A stretch of DNA of 64,000 nt from Eledone cirrhosa (Eukaryota). The position numbers and the translations under genes were made by a program. Of this stretch, positions 1 to 14,619 are shown piece after piece; position 1 is the stretch's first letter, and every line of letters starts with the position of its first letter. The stretch lies in NCBI GenBank assembly GCA_964016885.1, contig OZ024745.1:67084001-67148000 (forward strand), in the 5' to 3' direction. The notes under the pieces were generated by a model. That model saw nothing but the letters and a program-made list of their open reading frames with translations, had not been told where the DNA came from and made no database searches.

Positions 1-392
1 CATTACCCCTCTCTATAATTTAACTGCTTTACTCTCTCTGCCGCTCTTCACTCTCTATATGACAACACTGTTTTAGTTTCCGTAACTCCCTTCAAATTAT
101 ACAGAGAGAGAGGGGGAGAGAGAAATAGAGAGATTTAGAGAAAGATTAGGAAAACTACACACACTCATCTACAGAGAGAGACAGAAAAACAGAGGGGGGG
201 GGAGAGATAGGCCGTTAGACAGAGAGAGATACAATTAAAGTGTTAGTTATTCAGAGAGAGAAAGAGAGAGAGAGAGAGGGGGAGAGAGAGAGTGGGAAGG
301 ACAATGTGACACAGGAGGGTGTGTGGTATCTTTGCAGTGGAGTGGTGGGGGCAGGTATACCTAGCCGGGCGCCAGCCGGACGACCCAGCTAG
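1..392 (+). mobile_element. 3' part of a non-autonomous Helitron-like element (cut by the window edge)
   Basis: Ends in a GC hairpin (CCGG-gcgccag-CCGG, 365-379) followed about 10 nt later by CTAG|T (389-393), the canonical Helitron 3' end. The GA-rich body resembles the reverse complement of 36240-36320. Confidence 0.5.
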
Positions 393-521
393 TATAACAT
401 AAGGCTATGTCGATATATACGTGTTACATCTATAGAAGTCATGCATATTTACGTATATTTCCACGCCTCAAACCAAAACGTTTCTTCTCTACACATAAAC
501 ACAAACATGAATGCATTCATT

Positions 522-527
<6 letters not shown>

Positions 528-578
<51 letters not shown>

Positions 579-639
579 GCATATATATATGTGTGTGTGT
601 GTGAGTATGTATGTGTGTGTAGGCAGAGAGAGGGGATAT

Positions 640-722
<83 letters not shown>
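528..722. repeat. Compound microsatellite (CA)n/(TA)n/(TG)n/(GATA)n
   Basis: Read directly from the sequence. Similar (TA)n, (CA)n and (TG)n tracts recur throughout, e.g. 1160-1267, 2820-2955, 6370-6568, 7800-7940, 11065-11156, 11812-12008, 33660-33900, 45055-45130 and 51557-51752. Confidence 0.98.
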
Positions 723-1159
723 TTCACACTAATAACAACCTAATAGAGGCATTTTAATAATTTTATGTCGCTTTTAAGCAATATATATTCCTTTAAGCCC
801 TTTATGTCAGCTAACCTTTAAACGAATATATAAAGTTGTTTATATTTGCCACATTATTAAATGTAAGACATAACAACGTGATGATATTACAGTTCAACGT
901 ATGAGTATGTTGCTTTAATTTGATTTTCTCTGAATGAATTTTATATATATTAGAGTTGCTGTCACAAATTCTGGTACATTAAACAACTAATTATATCTAG
1001 GAGAAATCAATTTTATTAAAATTAGCACTTTGCCTTCGCTTCATTTTGATGTAGTTTTTCGATAGGCTATCTAAATCATGTTAGCGACCACTCAATAAGA
1101 TATGAAATTCCTATGAATTTAGAACATTAACTAGTTTCAATTTCTAGCCTTCTTTCTGT

Positions 1160-1270
<111 letters not shown>

Positions 1271-1441
1271 ATAAGAATATTTATATTTATATATGTTTAA
1301 TACAATTATAAATATAAAGGGTAGTACTAAGCACTAGACGGTTACGGGTATGACAAAAGGCTCAATGCAAATTTTCAAGTACTTTACAGAGCCGAGATAC
1401 AGAGTGTTAAAACGATCAAATTTTAGTTTAGAACATTTATT

Positions 1442-1488
1442 TGCTGACAATTGTTTCTTCCAGAGGGAAGTCTGGAATCATCGGAGCA
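1442..1488 (-). ncRNA. Minimal type-I hammerhead ribozyme motif (CCGAUGA core variant)
   Basis: Minus strand reads TGCT-CCGATGA-TTCCAGA(cttccc)TCTGGAA-GAAA-CAATTG-TC-AGCA. This gives a 4-bp stem I, a 7-bp stem II, a palindromic stem III and a GUC site. Confidence 0.7.
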
Positions 1489-2594
1489 TAGGGAATTCGA
1501 AACATGTGACTAAAATCCTAGTCATTCAGAACATTTAGGGTACATAATTATTGTTAGTGTCATAGACATCATGTGGAGAGTCAGGAGTTAACAAGGTGTT
1601 ATGCTTGAGAGAACACAACTACAGGCAGCACTGGTTGAAAGTGTAAGAGCTATAAGTAAAAAGTACAAGCAAAAAGTTATAAGCAAGGAAAAATGTGGTA
1701 TAGGATAGACATAAGATATAAGATATAAGATATAAGATATAAGATATAAGATATCTTAACATTGGAGAACAGTTAATGTTATGGGTGTACAATGCAGGAG
1801 TCAATACAGTCAATAAGGCATGTATGAGGACAGAGTTATAATGCAGTTGAAATAAACATATTTTGAGTAGGATGCTATAATTGTTATAAATGTTTAAGAT
1901 GGCATGCAATTTGTTACAGAGGCATGTGGTGATAATGTAGGTATATGTTATGTGAGGTATAATGCAAAACACGTGATAGAGTTGGATAGGTGATTTTCAT
2001 TCAATTGTTTTTGTGTTGTAGTTCGTATGTATGTGTATATGTTGTTTGTTACTCACAGCTATTAACCATGGGATTGTTTTGAGTTGTTTATAGTCAATAG
2101 GTGTTTGTTTGTTAAATGTAAATTCCACCGAATTACTGGCCATGTTGTTATTGTAGGTATATTATTTTATGCATTTTTATCTACAAATTAATTGTTCTAG
2201 GGTTTGTATTAACCGTTATTAAGTTGTTGGTAAACCGTTAGGTTGCTTAATTTTATGAATTTACACAGGAAGTTGTAAAGAGGGTTAATAACAAAGAGAG
2301 GTAATCAAGGTTGCTGACAAATTGAGGGTTGCTTTATTATTGTAGTAGTGTTATAAATTAATCTTTATAGAGTATATAAATTATTATTATTGGTTATTAA
2401 TTATGTAATTGTTATCTTTTCAACTTGTGTGAAGGGAGTTAAAAACATGTTTTTAATTATTTTATTATAACTAGATAGTTTTTACATAGTTAGTATATGT
2501 ATATATAATATAAGGTATATATATATGTGAGAAGGTATATATATATATATGCAGATTGTGCAGAGAGAGTTGTAGTTTTTTATGACATTCCCTA

Positions 2595-2641
2595 TGCTCC
2601 GATGATTCCAGACTTCCCTCTGGAAGAAACAATTGTCAACA
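2595..2641 (+). ncRNA. Inverted copy of the same hammerhead motif
   Basis: TGCT-CCGATGA-TTCCAGA..TCTGGAA-GAAA-CAATTG-TC-AACA, with one mismatch in stem I. Confidence 0.62.
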
Positions 2642-2661
2642 AATAAATGTTCTAAACTAAA

Positions 2662-2695
<34 letters not shown>

Positions 2696-2846
2696 CTACG
2701 CACATATATATATATTCAAACTTACATTTACTCACACATACATGTCCACTGCCTCTAACACATGAATATACGTATACCCTCACTATCTTTGTTACTTTAC
2801 ACAATATACCTATAAAAGTCATATACATATATATATATATATATAG

Positions 2847-2960
<114 letters not shown>

Positions 2961-3562
2961 ATGCATATGTATTAGTAAGGAATGCTTACATGCTATATAT
3001 GTCGTGAATATTTCCTTGTGCAAGAATTAGCTGACGACTCAAAAAAGTACATGAAAACCAAGTATCAAAAATAAAATATATAAAATAATAAACATACCTT
3101 AAATAGAAAGGAACGTGAAAAATCGATCAAAATATAGACCTTACAATAAACACATATTTTAAACATTTTTCCTGGACTTGTTTCAATGTTCCTTTTTAGC
3201 TGAAACGTGTAGTTGCAATTATATATCCATTCTTACTATCTATCTACACACGATAGATTGAACAGTATAATAGCAATTTTGGAATGTATACATGCCGGTA
3301 TTGCGGCAATTTAATACAAAATAAATCCAACAGCCGCCCACATTTCTCAGATTTCTCTTTGAGGTGCCCCTACGCACTCCTCTTCATAATGGATGGCCAA
3401 TCCGTAAATATTTGGGATCATTAAAATATATATATATATACGTATATTAAAAATTTCGTTTTTTCTTCCCGTTAACTCTAGAGCCTATTAAAAAATAACT
3501 ATTATATAACAGAGATTATTAATTACACGTTTTTTCAGAGTGGAATGAATAAAAGGAAGTGA

Positions 3563-3725
3563 TACTAGATTTGGCTGAAAAGTTCATAGGCTGACCATGA
3601 TGTTCTCATGAAAAGAAACAAAGTAGTTATTAATAAGAAGAGTTGAAATCAATGCATGCAAGATGTCAAAGCTCAAGCATCACTCCTTCATAGTCAGCCT
3701 CTGAAAGTTTCAGCCAACCATCGTA
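3563..3725. mobile_element. Mariner-derived MITE (about 160 bp)
   Basis: Imperfect TIRs TTGGCTGAAAAGTTCATAGGCTGAC ... GTCAGCCTCTGAAAGTTTCAGCCAA, with TA at both ends. The right end ...CCATCGTA is mariner-like. Confidence 0.65.
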
Positions 3726-6381
3726 AATAAGAACACAAATCCTATCTGTAGATCCATATAAGCATAATGTAAATATTATATATTATTTTGGCCGCCAAAC
3801 ATCCTTTATTCATGATCAACTGAAGATATTTACCATGATATTTACTCGGATATACGTACCCTTTAAATTTATCGAATGCTAGACCAAAATTGAGTACACC
3901 TAATACATCGAGCCTTATGTGGGTCTTGAAATAAAGAAATCATTATTAAAATAAAGAAAAGAAAAAGAAAATAAAGAAATCATTATATGGTCAAAATTAG
4001 TTCAATAGTTATTTTGATGATAACCAATACATAATAGCTGTCCTCTGAAGAAATTAAGCATGCATACTTGCCAACTTAAATTTCTGAATGAAGTATTGTG
4101 AATGGACACAGTCCTGAAGCAGTGTTGCGTTTATTAATGCCCAGTGACATGGGATTGCTGAGGATGAAGTGTAGTGGCAAAAATGATATGGACTGATAAG
4201 TATTTGCAAAAATTTGAATTTCATAATTTTTAAGTAATAGTTATTTTTGTCCACATAACTGAGCAACCAAAAGCAAGGATCAATTCATTTTACACAATGC
4301 AAGAATGCATTGTGATATATGCTAATTTTAAAACTCTAGAATTATTTGAATTCAGCTAATGAGAGTCAAGTATAATTTCCTCTTTTTTCTTTTTTTTCTT
4401 TTTTTTTTCATTTTCATATAAGAGTTCGATTGAGAGGTTAAAAACCATTGATGCCTGGTTGGTAATTCAGCAGTTGCTGCATTTATTCATCCGTGGTTCT
4501 GCAGCAATTTGTATCCACATAAGATTTTTATTATCTTCTCCTTTCTGAAATCATAAATATTTCATTATATAAAATGGATGATATTCAATTCTTTAAACGT
4601 CGACAGTGGAGTTAAATTAAACCTATAAATATTTACACCTAAATTAAACCTAAATATTCTATGAATAATTATTACAAACATTGGCAACATATATATATAT
4701 ATGGCAACAAAGGAGATCTCTCTAGTCATACCTGACATGCTAGATATAACAGACAAATTACCCTGGAATCATACCCTACTGTTTTATGTCACTTGGATAT
4801 AATACTAGTGGCACTGGGTAACTCTACTAGTAGTAGTTCTTAATAAAATGTAAATTAATTGTCATTAAAATTTACCTTCTGTCACACATTGCAGCTTTGC
4901 TATGTGTTTAGTTGAAAGAAAATCAATATAAAATTCCACAGTAGTTTTCATTCACTATTATGTTGATAATCAGCATTATTCCATTTTTAGAGTTCAATAT
5001 CTTTGTTTAGAAAAAAGGATCTAAATCGCATAACAGGAATACCATCTGTCAATTAAATTGAAGTGCAAATTGATATTCTTTATTATTTTATGTTTACTAA
5101 ATTTCGATTTAATTAATGATATTGTTTTTGTTTTCTTTTAGGAATAAAAAAATTCCCTTAATATTTTTCTTTTCCTTGTTAACGAAATCAAATTATTCTG
5201 TCTGCCAACAGGTAGAATTTACATAAATAGTCGGACGAAACAAATTAAAGCAATATACATCTTATTAGAAATTTGACATTTGTTTCAAAATGTACTGTTC
5301 ATTTCTAACTCATAATCAAAATAATTTAAAATATTATTTGAACCTTATTTACACATTCACTCTCTACTTGAGGGGTTTATTTTAGATTCTCGGGGAATTA
5401 TGATTAATTATATGCGATAGCCTTTATCACCCTGTTGCTATTACATAATTCATTAATGTATATGCTCATTAATATACAATTGACTGTAATCTTAAATATG
5501 TTATACAAATTTTCAAAAACATCTGTATGTGTGTGTATGAGCAAATTTATTATTAGACAGAAGGTTCTATTGCGATTCAGTTAGCACAAAGCACCAGCTG
5601 AATCAAACAATTTCTACATGAAGTCGAAAGCGGATTGTTTATTGCCTGAACTCAATAAAGACATTAAAACATTCTTTATTGAGATAATTGAAAACCCTTC
5701 AGATAATGTTTTCCTTCGTAAATCCAGAAAACATAGTATACACTGCAATCTAATTGATTCTCTTAATGTTGAGTTTATCTCTTTTCATTTAGCGAATCTA
5801 TTATTCCATGCTTTAGCATATGTACGCTAATATTGAATTCAAACCAATATTTGCTTCATTTTTACTAAACCACTAAACGCAATCCACGGTTGACAGGATA
5901 CGTAAAACAATCTATCGATACGTTTCTGGGATTAATTTAAAGTATATAAATATATAGCACCAGCCTCTTTTCTATTTTGTAGCCAAATATATTCTTATAT
6001 GTAATAGGAATAATGAAAGTATCAGTTCTTTGATTGTTCAAGAAGTGTGTGCTTAAAAGGATATCTAAGCTCAAAATATATTTCTTGAATAGGCTAGTGA
6101 AATGTGTCAAACTTTAGGCAGATACTATCAACAAGTTATTTCATATCTTAAGATAATAGTTTTTACTGAATAAAGAAAATATTCACCACGCCAAACACAT
6201 CAATACACATGTATTCTCATGCACTCTTTCTGTATTTACTGTTAATTAATAGAGTATGTTGCGTATGAGATGTTTACGTTTCTTTAGTTTAGCTCGATAG
6301 TTCTGTTGAGATTTAGAAAAAATCTAAGTTATATATTCCAGTTATATATTACACACAAACACACACACACATATATATATG

Positions 6382-6474
<93 letters not shown>

Positions 6475-6523
6475 TATGAGTCGGGACACAACGGCTGAGC
6501 TCCTGTCATTTCCAGAGATATCT

Positions 6524-6569
<46 letters not shown>

Positions 6570-7809
6570 TTTGATTTATAGTTAAGGCCCACAGGCATCT
6601 ATTGTTTCATTATGATTAACTCTTTTCCACATTCTTTTTAATATAACTATTCCTTTTAATTTATTTATTATCATTTAAATATGTATCACGGAGTTTTAAA
6701 TAAACCTGAATCAACTGATTATGGCCTCCGATCTTTTTATTGTGTATATATATTGTGGGGCTTGTGTGGAAAATGCTGGGCTGATCAAAAATTATTTCAA
6801 GCATTTGTAGCCAACGCAGTAGGAGTGGGCTTTGTCTTTATGCCAACTTGATGAAAGCGTTGTACATGTTTTAATGTAATGAGATCTCCTCGACGAGAAA
6901 TATTCATTTATAAAGGTGGTTGGATTAGAATACTGTCAAATATATATAGAAAATGGAAAATGATTTATGAGCTGGTAATGTGCACCAACACAGAGTGCAG
7001 GCGAAAATGCCTGAGATTAACGCTCTAGATGAAGTATGTACATTCAGGTAGACATTGGTCTTCTGAATAGAGTGAGTGTGAAAACACTGCAATCAATTGA
7101 GATTTCTTTGCAATATCCAGGCAGAAAATCTCTTTGGTTGTATTCAGATAATGGAAAACAAGGAATGGTTTAGAATTGCATGTCTGAGCTGAGCCAATTT
7201 TTTTTAACATTACTAGACATTGGGTTGTAAGGGACCTTGTCTTTATATAAAAGCAAGAAATATATTTCGATCTTACAAGTCCTCGGCGAAGTTGGGGGCG
7301 TCTGTGTGTGAAGGATGATAGTGCTGGTCAGAAAGAATATCAGTGGTGCGGCGCACGTTCTCCAAATTCGGTCATCTGTCTAACTGACGTAGACTCCTTT
7401 GAACCACGAACAAATTGTTTAGGTATTAGACATATCTGTATTTTACTTGCTTGTAAGGAGATAGAAAAGTATACAACAAAGCAGTAATGTTTCTATTGAC
7501 CCCTGCACATTGCGTCATACATTGAATTGCCGTGTAGCTAAAATCACAGCCTCATCGACCGCCGATAATATCGTGGCGTTATATCTTATATTACATCATC
7601 AGAGGCACGTAAAATTACGTTTAGGATCTGGGACGGCCTCGGAAGATCTGTGATGGCGACGGACATAACCACTTCCTCCAGACCAAATTTCAAAAAAAAA
7701 AGCTGTAGTGGATTTTATGTTGAGGCATCAATTGTGCCTTTATATTATTCACACTCTCTCTCACTCCTGTCCTCTTTATATCTATCTTTCTATCTCTCCA
7801 CACACACAC

Positions 7810-7933
<124 letters not shown>

Positions 7934-8097
7934 GTGTACATTAGGGGAAATAAATACGTAGTTCATTGGATAATATTTCATTTTCCCGTGACGCTGTTGG
8001 AAGACCGCATTCAATTTAGTCGCTTACACAGAAACAAACGTAAACACAGATCAAACACACACGCACACACATATATATACATGTATGTATATACATT

Positions 8098-8149
<52 letters not shown>

Positions 8150-8157
8150 AACGTAAG

Positions 8158-8248
<91 letters not shown>

Positions 8249-9112
8249 GGGACGGAATCAAAGAATTTTCTTATGTATAACTGAAAGAAAGATTGAATAT
8301 AATATCCGATACTCGATAAAAGATTGAAGAATAGTTTAACGGGTATATAGAAATAACTCCCGTGCATTATGTATTATTGTTGAACAATAAGCTCTGGTCT
8401 GAAATATTGTAGCAGAAGGTGCAAAAGTAAAAGCACAAAAAGTATTCCGTTGACAAAAGAGAAATAGTTAGTACGTGGTTATGCAAGGTTATTTATCGGA
8501 ATGTTGGTAAATGTGTGTAAGTATTCAGTTACACACCCACCTTTGTGTAAGCGAATTCGAATGGTTATTATTACTTGAAGACTAAATAATATTATATGCA
8601 TATTAGCTTTCTCTTTCTCTCTTTTATTCGTTATGTCTTCTCTGTTTCGTTTTGTTTTTGTTGTTGTTGTTGTTGTTTGTTTGTTTTTTCTTAACTTACA
8701 TTAAGCTCTCAAATTACTTCTTTAATAAATAGATGTAGTTCGATCGCAGCATTCTTTTTCAATGCCTATTTTACACATCGTATCGATTATTTTGCCTGAC
8801 TGAACTGCATGCATTGAGAGAATGTTTTTCAATAACTTATATGGAGTATAGGTTAGTAAAATGAACCGAACAGTATATGTTGTTATGTATGTAGCTTCCA
8901 CAAATTGAAATATTCAGCTTTCTAATATTTCCAAGCGGCAAGATTTATACAGAGGATCTTGTAAATCTCTACTTCATTTTTCGAAAGACGAACCAAATAT
9001 ATCGATGGTTTTTAAATTTCATCGAATTCGTTTTCTTTCTTTTGTGAGCTGCACTGTTTGTATTTGTTTTCGTGTGTATGTTTTATTGTTTGCTTTCGGT
9101 ATTATATTATAT

Positions 9113-9275
9113 AGTTGGTGAATTTGCAGCACAGTTACGTCCCTTTACGGACTGAGTTCAGATCCCGCCAAGGTTAACTTTGCCTTTCATCCTTACGGGG
9201 TCGATAAAATAAAGTACCAGTAATACACTGTCATAATTTCTGGCCTTGTGCCAAAAGTAGAAACAATTATATTAT
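9113..9275 (+). mobile_element. tRNA-derived SINE with Nin-like central domain
   Basis: B-box-like GAGTTCAGATCC, the central motif CTTTGCCTTTCATCCTTACGGGGTCGATAAAATAAAGTACCAG, and the tail GGCCTTGTGCCAAAAGTAGAAACAATTATT. Homologous copies occur elsewhere in the window. Confidence 0.8.
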
Positions 9276-10029
9276 ATAGTTAGATGCAACTACGCATCTA
9301 CGAAATATTTCTACTTTCTTCTAACCAATGAAGTAATTATTTTACGCCATTCAACAACAGGTGTATATCACAAAAAAAGTATGTTACAAGTTTTATATTT
9401 GAATGGAAGATAGCACATTTCTTAATTACTTCTAGAAACATCCTAAAGCAATGTCGCTTCCTGTTTAGTTATTAGCAATATCCGATGTAATTACTCTCTA
9501 ACAAAAGTTCACGTTTAATAAAACATATTTCAACCGAAATGTTTAGTAAAACAACAAAATGACGCTATATAAAACTTATTAATTAGCAATGGTACTTGTA
9601 TATTAATTTCCTTCTTTGTATGTTTTACAAAAATAAAAAAATAAATAAACGTCTTTTAGTCACAATCTATTAATGATTAGTGATGCATGTTAAAGTCGGA
9701 AATCAATTTTGAAGAGCGATATAATCAACACAATTGTTCGTTTAAGAATTATATAAAGTGGGATGGACATTATAGTGAATGGACATTATAGCCCTTCTCA
9801 GATTAACGATATCAATGTGCTTCATCTCCAACATCAGCGTCTGTTGTTTGACACGAATGTCGGTGAAGGAGAATTTACGTATTGCAGAACCAGGAATGTT
9901 TACGTAGCTTTGCCAATACTATATTAGTCACCGTCTTAAAATTACAAAAAGAAAGGACTGTCACAGCAAGAATGCCTTTGTTCATATTTCTGCTCCATCA
10001 AGGATGATCTGGGACTAGACAACGACAAT

Positions 10030-10225
10030 AATAATTGTTTCTACTTTTGGCACAAGGCCAGTAATTATTCCAGTACGTTACTGGTACTTTATTTTATCGA
10101 CCCCGTAAGGATGAAAGGCAAAGTTAACCTTGGCGGGATTTGAACTCAGAACGTAAAGAGACGTAACTATGCTATAAAGCATGGCGTCCGACCCTTTACC
10201 GATACTGCCAATCCACCGACCTACG
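10030..10225 (-). mobile_element. tRNA-derived Nin-like SINE
   Basis: Reverse-complement copy of 9113-9275 with a fuller tRNA-like head (GGTGGATTGGCAGTATCGGTAA ... GAGTTCAAATCC). Confidence 0.8.
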
Positions 10226-11062
10226 ACAATAATAATAATAATATATTGGTATTCATTCATACTAGTTGCTTTAATACATTTCATTTCCTATACTACTTCA
10301 TATTTTTCTCTTATTCTATCGATACGAATTATATTTTGTGAAATTTCCTATTCTGTATTCTTTGGATGTTTATATGCAACTTAACTTCCTTTATTTGTAC
10401 TGTAACTTAAAACTACTTACACAATACTATAATTTAGACGATATGTTATAGGAAATATGTTGTGCTGGTGTTGCTGATGCATTTGTTTTATAGATCACAT
10501 ATTAGGTGATGCAGAATGGAATACTCATCAATCTCGCCACATTTATATTTATATCTACTTCACAATTATAATGCCAAGACACGTAGACTATATGTTCAAC
10601 TCCTGGCAGCTTTCTTTCTGCGGACTATGAAATTTCATTAGTAAAAAAACGTGCTTCTTTATTCAATTCAGTGAAACCATGTTAGGCATGATAAGATTTC
10701 TAGGTGCTTAATTGATTAATTTGGAGAAGTAACGAAGTTTATACTATATAGAAATTATTAGTAGTACAACCTTTCTTTTTTATTTCCATTTTATTCTTGT
10801 TAATAGAATCAGATATTTGGTGGGAACAATCTAAAATGAGTAAGGCTCTTTGTAGTGTTAGGTGAATAGAATTCTTTTATGATCTAATTAGATTTGCAGC
10901 AATCCATATAGTGTTTAATGAAAATATTAAGCTATTCACGTATATCATAAAAAAACTATATTCTTCTCGAATGCAATCTCACTCTCTTTGAATCTGATTG
11001 AATTTCTAAAATAGAAAAAAATAAGATTTTTATCAAAATACATCGCTACGCTACATGAAATG

Positions 11063-11160
<98 letters not shown>

Positions 11161-11811
11161 ACTTATATTCACACATGAAAATCTGTTTATATAGACGTCT
11201 GTGCAACGATTTGATAGATCAGATACCATACAATATCAGTGGTTGTATATTATACCAGTTTATGTATATTATGTATATTTATTTATGCATGTTTTGTTTC
11301 TGCTTGCACATTTATATGTACATTTGTATATGTGTGTCTATGAGTTTTTTTATGTGTGCGTGTATGCGTGTGACTTAATTTAGATTTTAATACATATCTA
11401 CTTTCATTCATTTCGCTAATTTACGTTTCTAATTCTCTTTGTTACTTCTTGATCATCACAATTAATTATTTCTCTCTCACCCTATTCTGAACGGTATAAT
11501 TCAATAAAAGGTGGTTTCATTAACACCAGACAATGAAGTAGAAAATACTTATAGGTTTCATATTCAGACACCCAAGTTCGAAACAATTCAAATGAAATGA
11601 ACTTCCCTAGATTTTGGTATTAACTGTTCTAGTTGTTTGATCAACAGTACAGACAACTCATAAAACTAACGTGAAAGTGGCTTATCATTCTTCAGACTCT
11701 GTATCCTTAACATCTTCCCAGGAGAATTAATGCGCTGTCGCTGGCAAGGCTGCCTCTTTACATAGCAGGGACAGACCATATGACGAAATTCCAAAAATTT
11801 TCCGTTGATCC

Positions 11812-11889
<78 letters not shown>

Positions 11890-11910
11890 TGTGTGCGTGC
11901 GTGTGTGTGC

Positions 11911-12012
<102 letters not shown>

Positions 12013-12032
12013 TTTCGACTTTGCTTGAATAA

Positions 12033-12116
12033 CAAGTCTGAAGAGTAGATCGGGCTGGAGTCGGGTATATAGCATTAATATAGACCATGAGCCACCCATC
12101 TGTGAAACAGTCGCAA
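12033..12116 (+). ncRNA. Probable degenerate hammerhead motif in a solo pLTR-like segment
   Basis: CTGAAGA (12038-12044), stem II GTAGAT.GGG/CCCATCTGT, GAAA (12104-12107), then CAGTC and a downstream AATAAA. Stem I is weak. The motif lies just after a (TA)n tract. Confidence 0.5.
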
Positions 12117-12572
12117 CTATGTATAATAAATGTGAAATCTCGCTTATAGTTATATTTTATTGGGTCTTAATAGGCAGTAAAGTGGTGACGGTATTGCATT
12201 CATTAGAGTGGGAGAGACCAGCAAATACATGACAGTACTAACACGCAATGTTAAAATAACTTTACTCTTTCTGTACATTTACATCTGACTAGGAAAAAGA
12301 AAATTATTGATATGAAAGCGATCTGGGAACTTATTCTGATAGGTTCAGATACGAATGCAACTACTCACTATCACCTCTACGCATTTTATCAAATAAGTGC
12401 CTTTAATATTGAGTCAACTTAGTATAAAATCGTTTATCGAAACATAAATTAATATATTATCTTGTTAATGAAATCATTTTCAAAATCTATACCTAAAATT
12501 CTATTATATATAATTAATCTCTCTCTATATATATATATTTCCTAAATTATGTTATATATATTTAATCTCTCT

Positions 12573-12614
<42 letters not shown>

Positions 12615-12745
12615 CGAAGGAAGTGTGGTGAGGAACCAGTTGGATCATAACGCACCAGAGTACTCAATACTTAGGGTAGTAGAGAAATAGCCGTCGAAAC
12701 GGGTTGAGCTTTATACATTGAGCTTTATACATCGGGGTTATACAT

Positions 12746-12837
<92 letters not shown>

Positions 12838-12879
12838 TGATATTAAATAAATGGAAACTATATTTATAAAACCATATTT

Positions 12880-12942
12880 ATTTTATTATATATATTTCAA
12901 GGGCAACCAAGCCAACCTAGGTGCGCTTTCATCAGATAAAAT
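12880..12942 (-). ncRNA. Inverted copy of the 13022-13084 hammerhead motif
   Basis: Reverse complement of 13022-13084 with one substitution in the stem II region. Confidence 0.72.
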
Positions 12943-13021
12943 ACAAAGTTTGTTTTATACGGTACGTATAAAACATGGCTACGTTTCATGGGTACGTCTT
13001 TATTTATAAAACAAACTTTGT

Positions 13022-13084
13022 ATTTTATCTGATGAAAGCGCACCAAGGTTGGCTTGGTTGCCCTTGAAATATATATAATAAAAT
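13022..13084 (+). ncRNA. Minimal type-I hammerhead ribozyme motif
   Basis: ATTTTAT-CTGATGA-AAG...CTT-GAAA-TATATA-TA-ATAAAAT: a 7-bp stem I, an intact core and a palindromic stem III. Confidence 0.75.
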
Positions 13085-13830
13085 TGTTTTATAAATATAG
13101 TTTCCATTTATGTAATATCATGGAATATTTACTCCAGTAAACTGTTGAGTGCTCTAAATCAGTTATAAACATTTATGTTTGTCGGAATTCCAACAAATTA
13201 ATTACAACTTCTACATATATATATATAAATACATAATCGGACAAAGCTAATAGCGATACTCTGGCCAAATTCCAACTCACTCAACAAATATTAGGAAATA
13301 CCTGAGTATATTCCTAATTAAATGTTCGGGGTGCTAACTAATTGTATTGTGTGAAAAATTGGCTGTATCATTTCATATGAGATATATCAAATATATCACT
13401 TCCCAGACGACTCGTTTCACTATAAGATTTCTACAAGTTGGGTGAAATTATACCAATTTATGTAGAAGCTTGTATAAGATCAACAGATACTTATTCAAGT
13501 GGGCTCTTATAATTCATCAGTGGGTGCCCAATAATATTAATATTGATAACCAAATCAACATCAATATTTAGCGATAATCACCATCAGTGCTTGAGGGAGC
13601 TGCTATGTTGTTAGTCCAGCAGTTCTAAAGAAAATCTCACACTGTCTCGAAAATAGGAGGAAGGAGATTACCGCCAAAAAAACAATACATGCGCAGGTCA
13701 ATGAATTCTGAAAAGAATTCAAGCCACGTACTATAACTCAATTGGATATGAAAAAATAACCATATATGCGCATCGCTTGATGACACACATAGATATTTTT
13801 TCGGGCAATATATATATATATATATATATA

Positions 13831-13866
<36 letters not shown>

Positions 13867-14619
13867 TTTATACAGATAGATAGGTATTAAATTTCATTCT
13901 ATTCATTCATGTATTTCTAATGTAATTTAGTTATGTCTTGTGGTTAATAATACATAAGAAATGATTTTTTCCCAAAAAATACTGATATTTTTATATTAAT
14001 AAACTAAAGTTCTGTCTGTATAAACGGCTAATTCAACTAATGGACATTCAACTATTAATACGTTTGTGAACTTGAAATAAAGCCACCTCACTCTGAATAT
14101 TTATTAGGGTTACAGCTGACATTTATTAGGGTTACTGGTGGAAGTATTTTGGTTTCTATCAGTAAATTAAGGATACTGTATTCCAATAGAACGTAATTTC
14201 CTCTAGATCTAATAAGCAAACAGACACACGCGCACGCATATATATATTTGTATATATATATATACTATATATATATATATATAAATGTATATACATGTAT
14301 ATATATATATGTATATATATATAGTAAGGTTCATTATTGGTTGTGTAAAATGGTACAATAACGTTATGTTAGCAATATTAAGTTCTCCACGCTTTTGTAT
14401 ATCTCCTATTCCATTCAAGGGAACAGCTAGATGATGTAAAACGGAGTACAAGTATCAATATGAAAATCCGAAGGCAAGGTCAAATTCCAATCATTTAATC
14501 ACGACACATGTTTCAATAAGAGATAGATCGATTGTGAAGCCATGATCGATTATCCCTGATCTCATCAGGTGAAAAGGAATTGTCTTCAAATTCTTGATAT
14601 AGCTAGTATAGCTACGCTT

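Larger units (their letters stand above)
1418..2665 (-). mobile_element. Non-coding Penelope-like element remnant: 3' UTR-like body between inverted pLTR copies
   Basis: An inverted repeat of about 79 bp (1418-1496 vs 2587-2665) carries a hammerhead motif in each arm. The arms enclose a strand-biased low-complexity body and are flanked by (TA)n. Confidence 0.65.
12836..13215. mobile_element. Fold-back pair of PLE pLTRs (arms 12836-12959 and 13005-13122) with a 3' tail
   Basis: Near-perfect inverted arms of about 120 bp with a 45-bp spacer. Each arm has a hammerhead motif and the unit is flanked by (TA)n. Confidence 0.75.

Noticed and set aside
3025-3070. CTGACGA...GAAA hammerhead candidate
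   Set aside because: No convincing stem I, II or III pairing.
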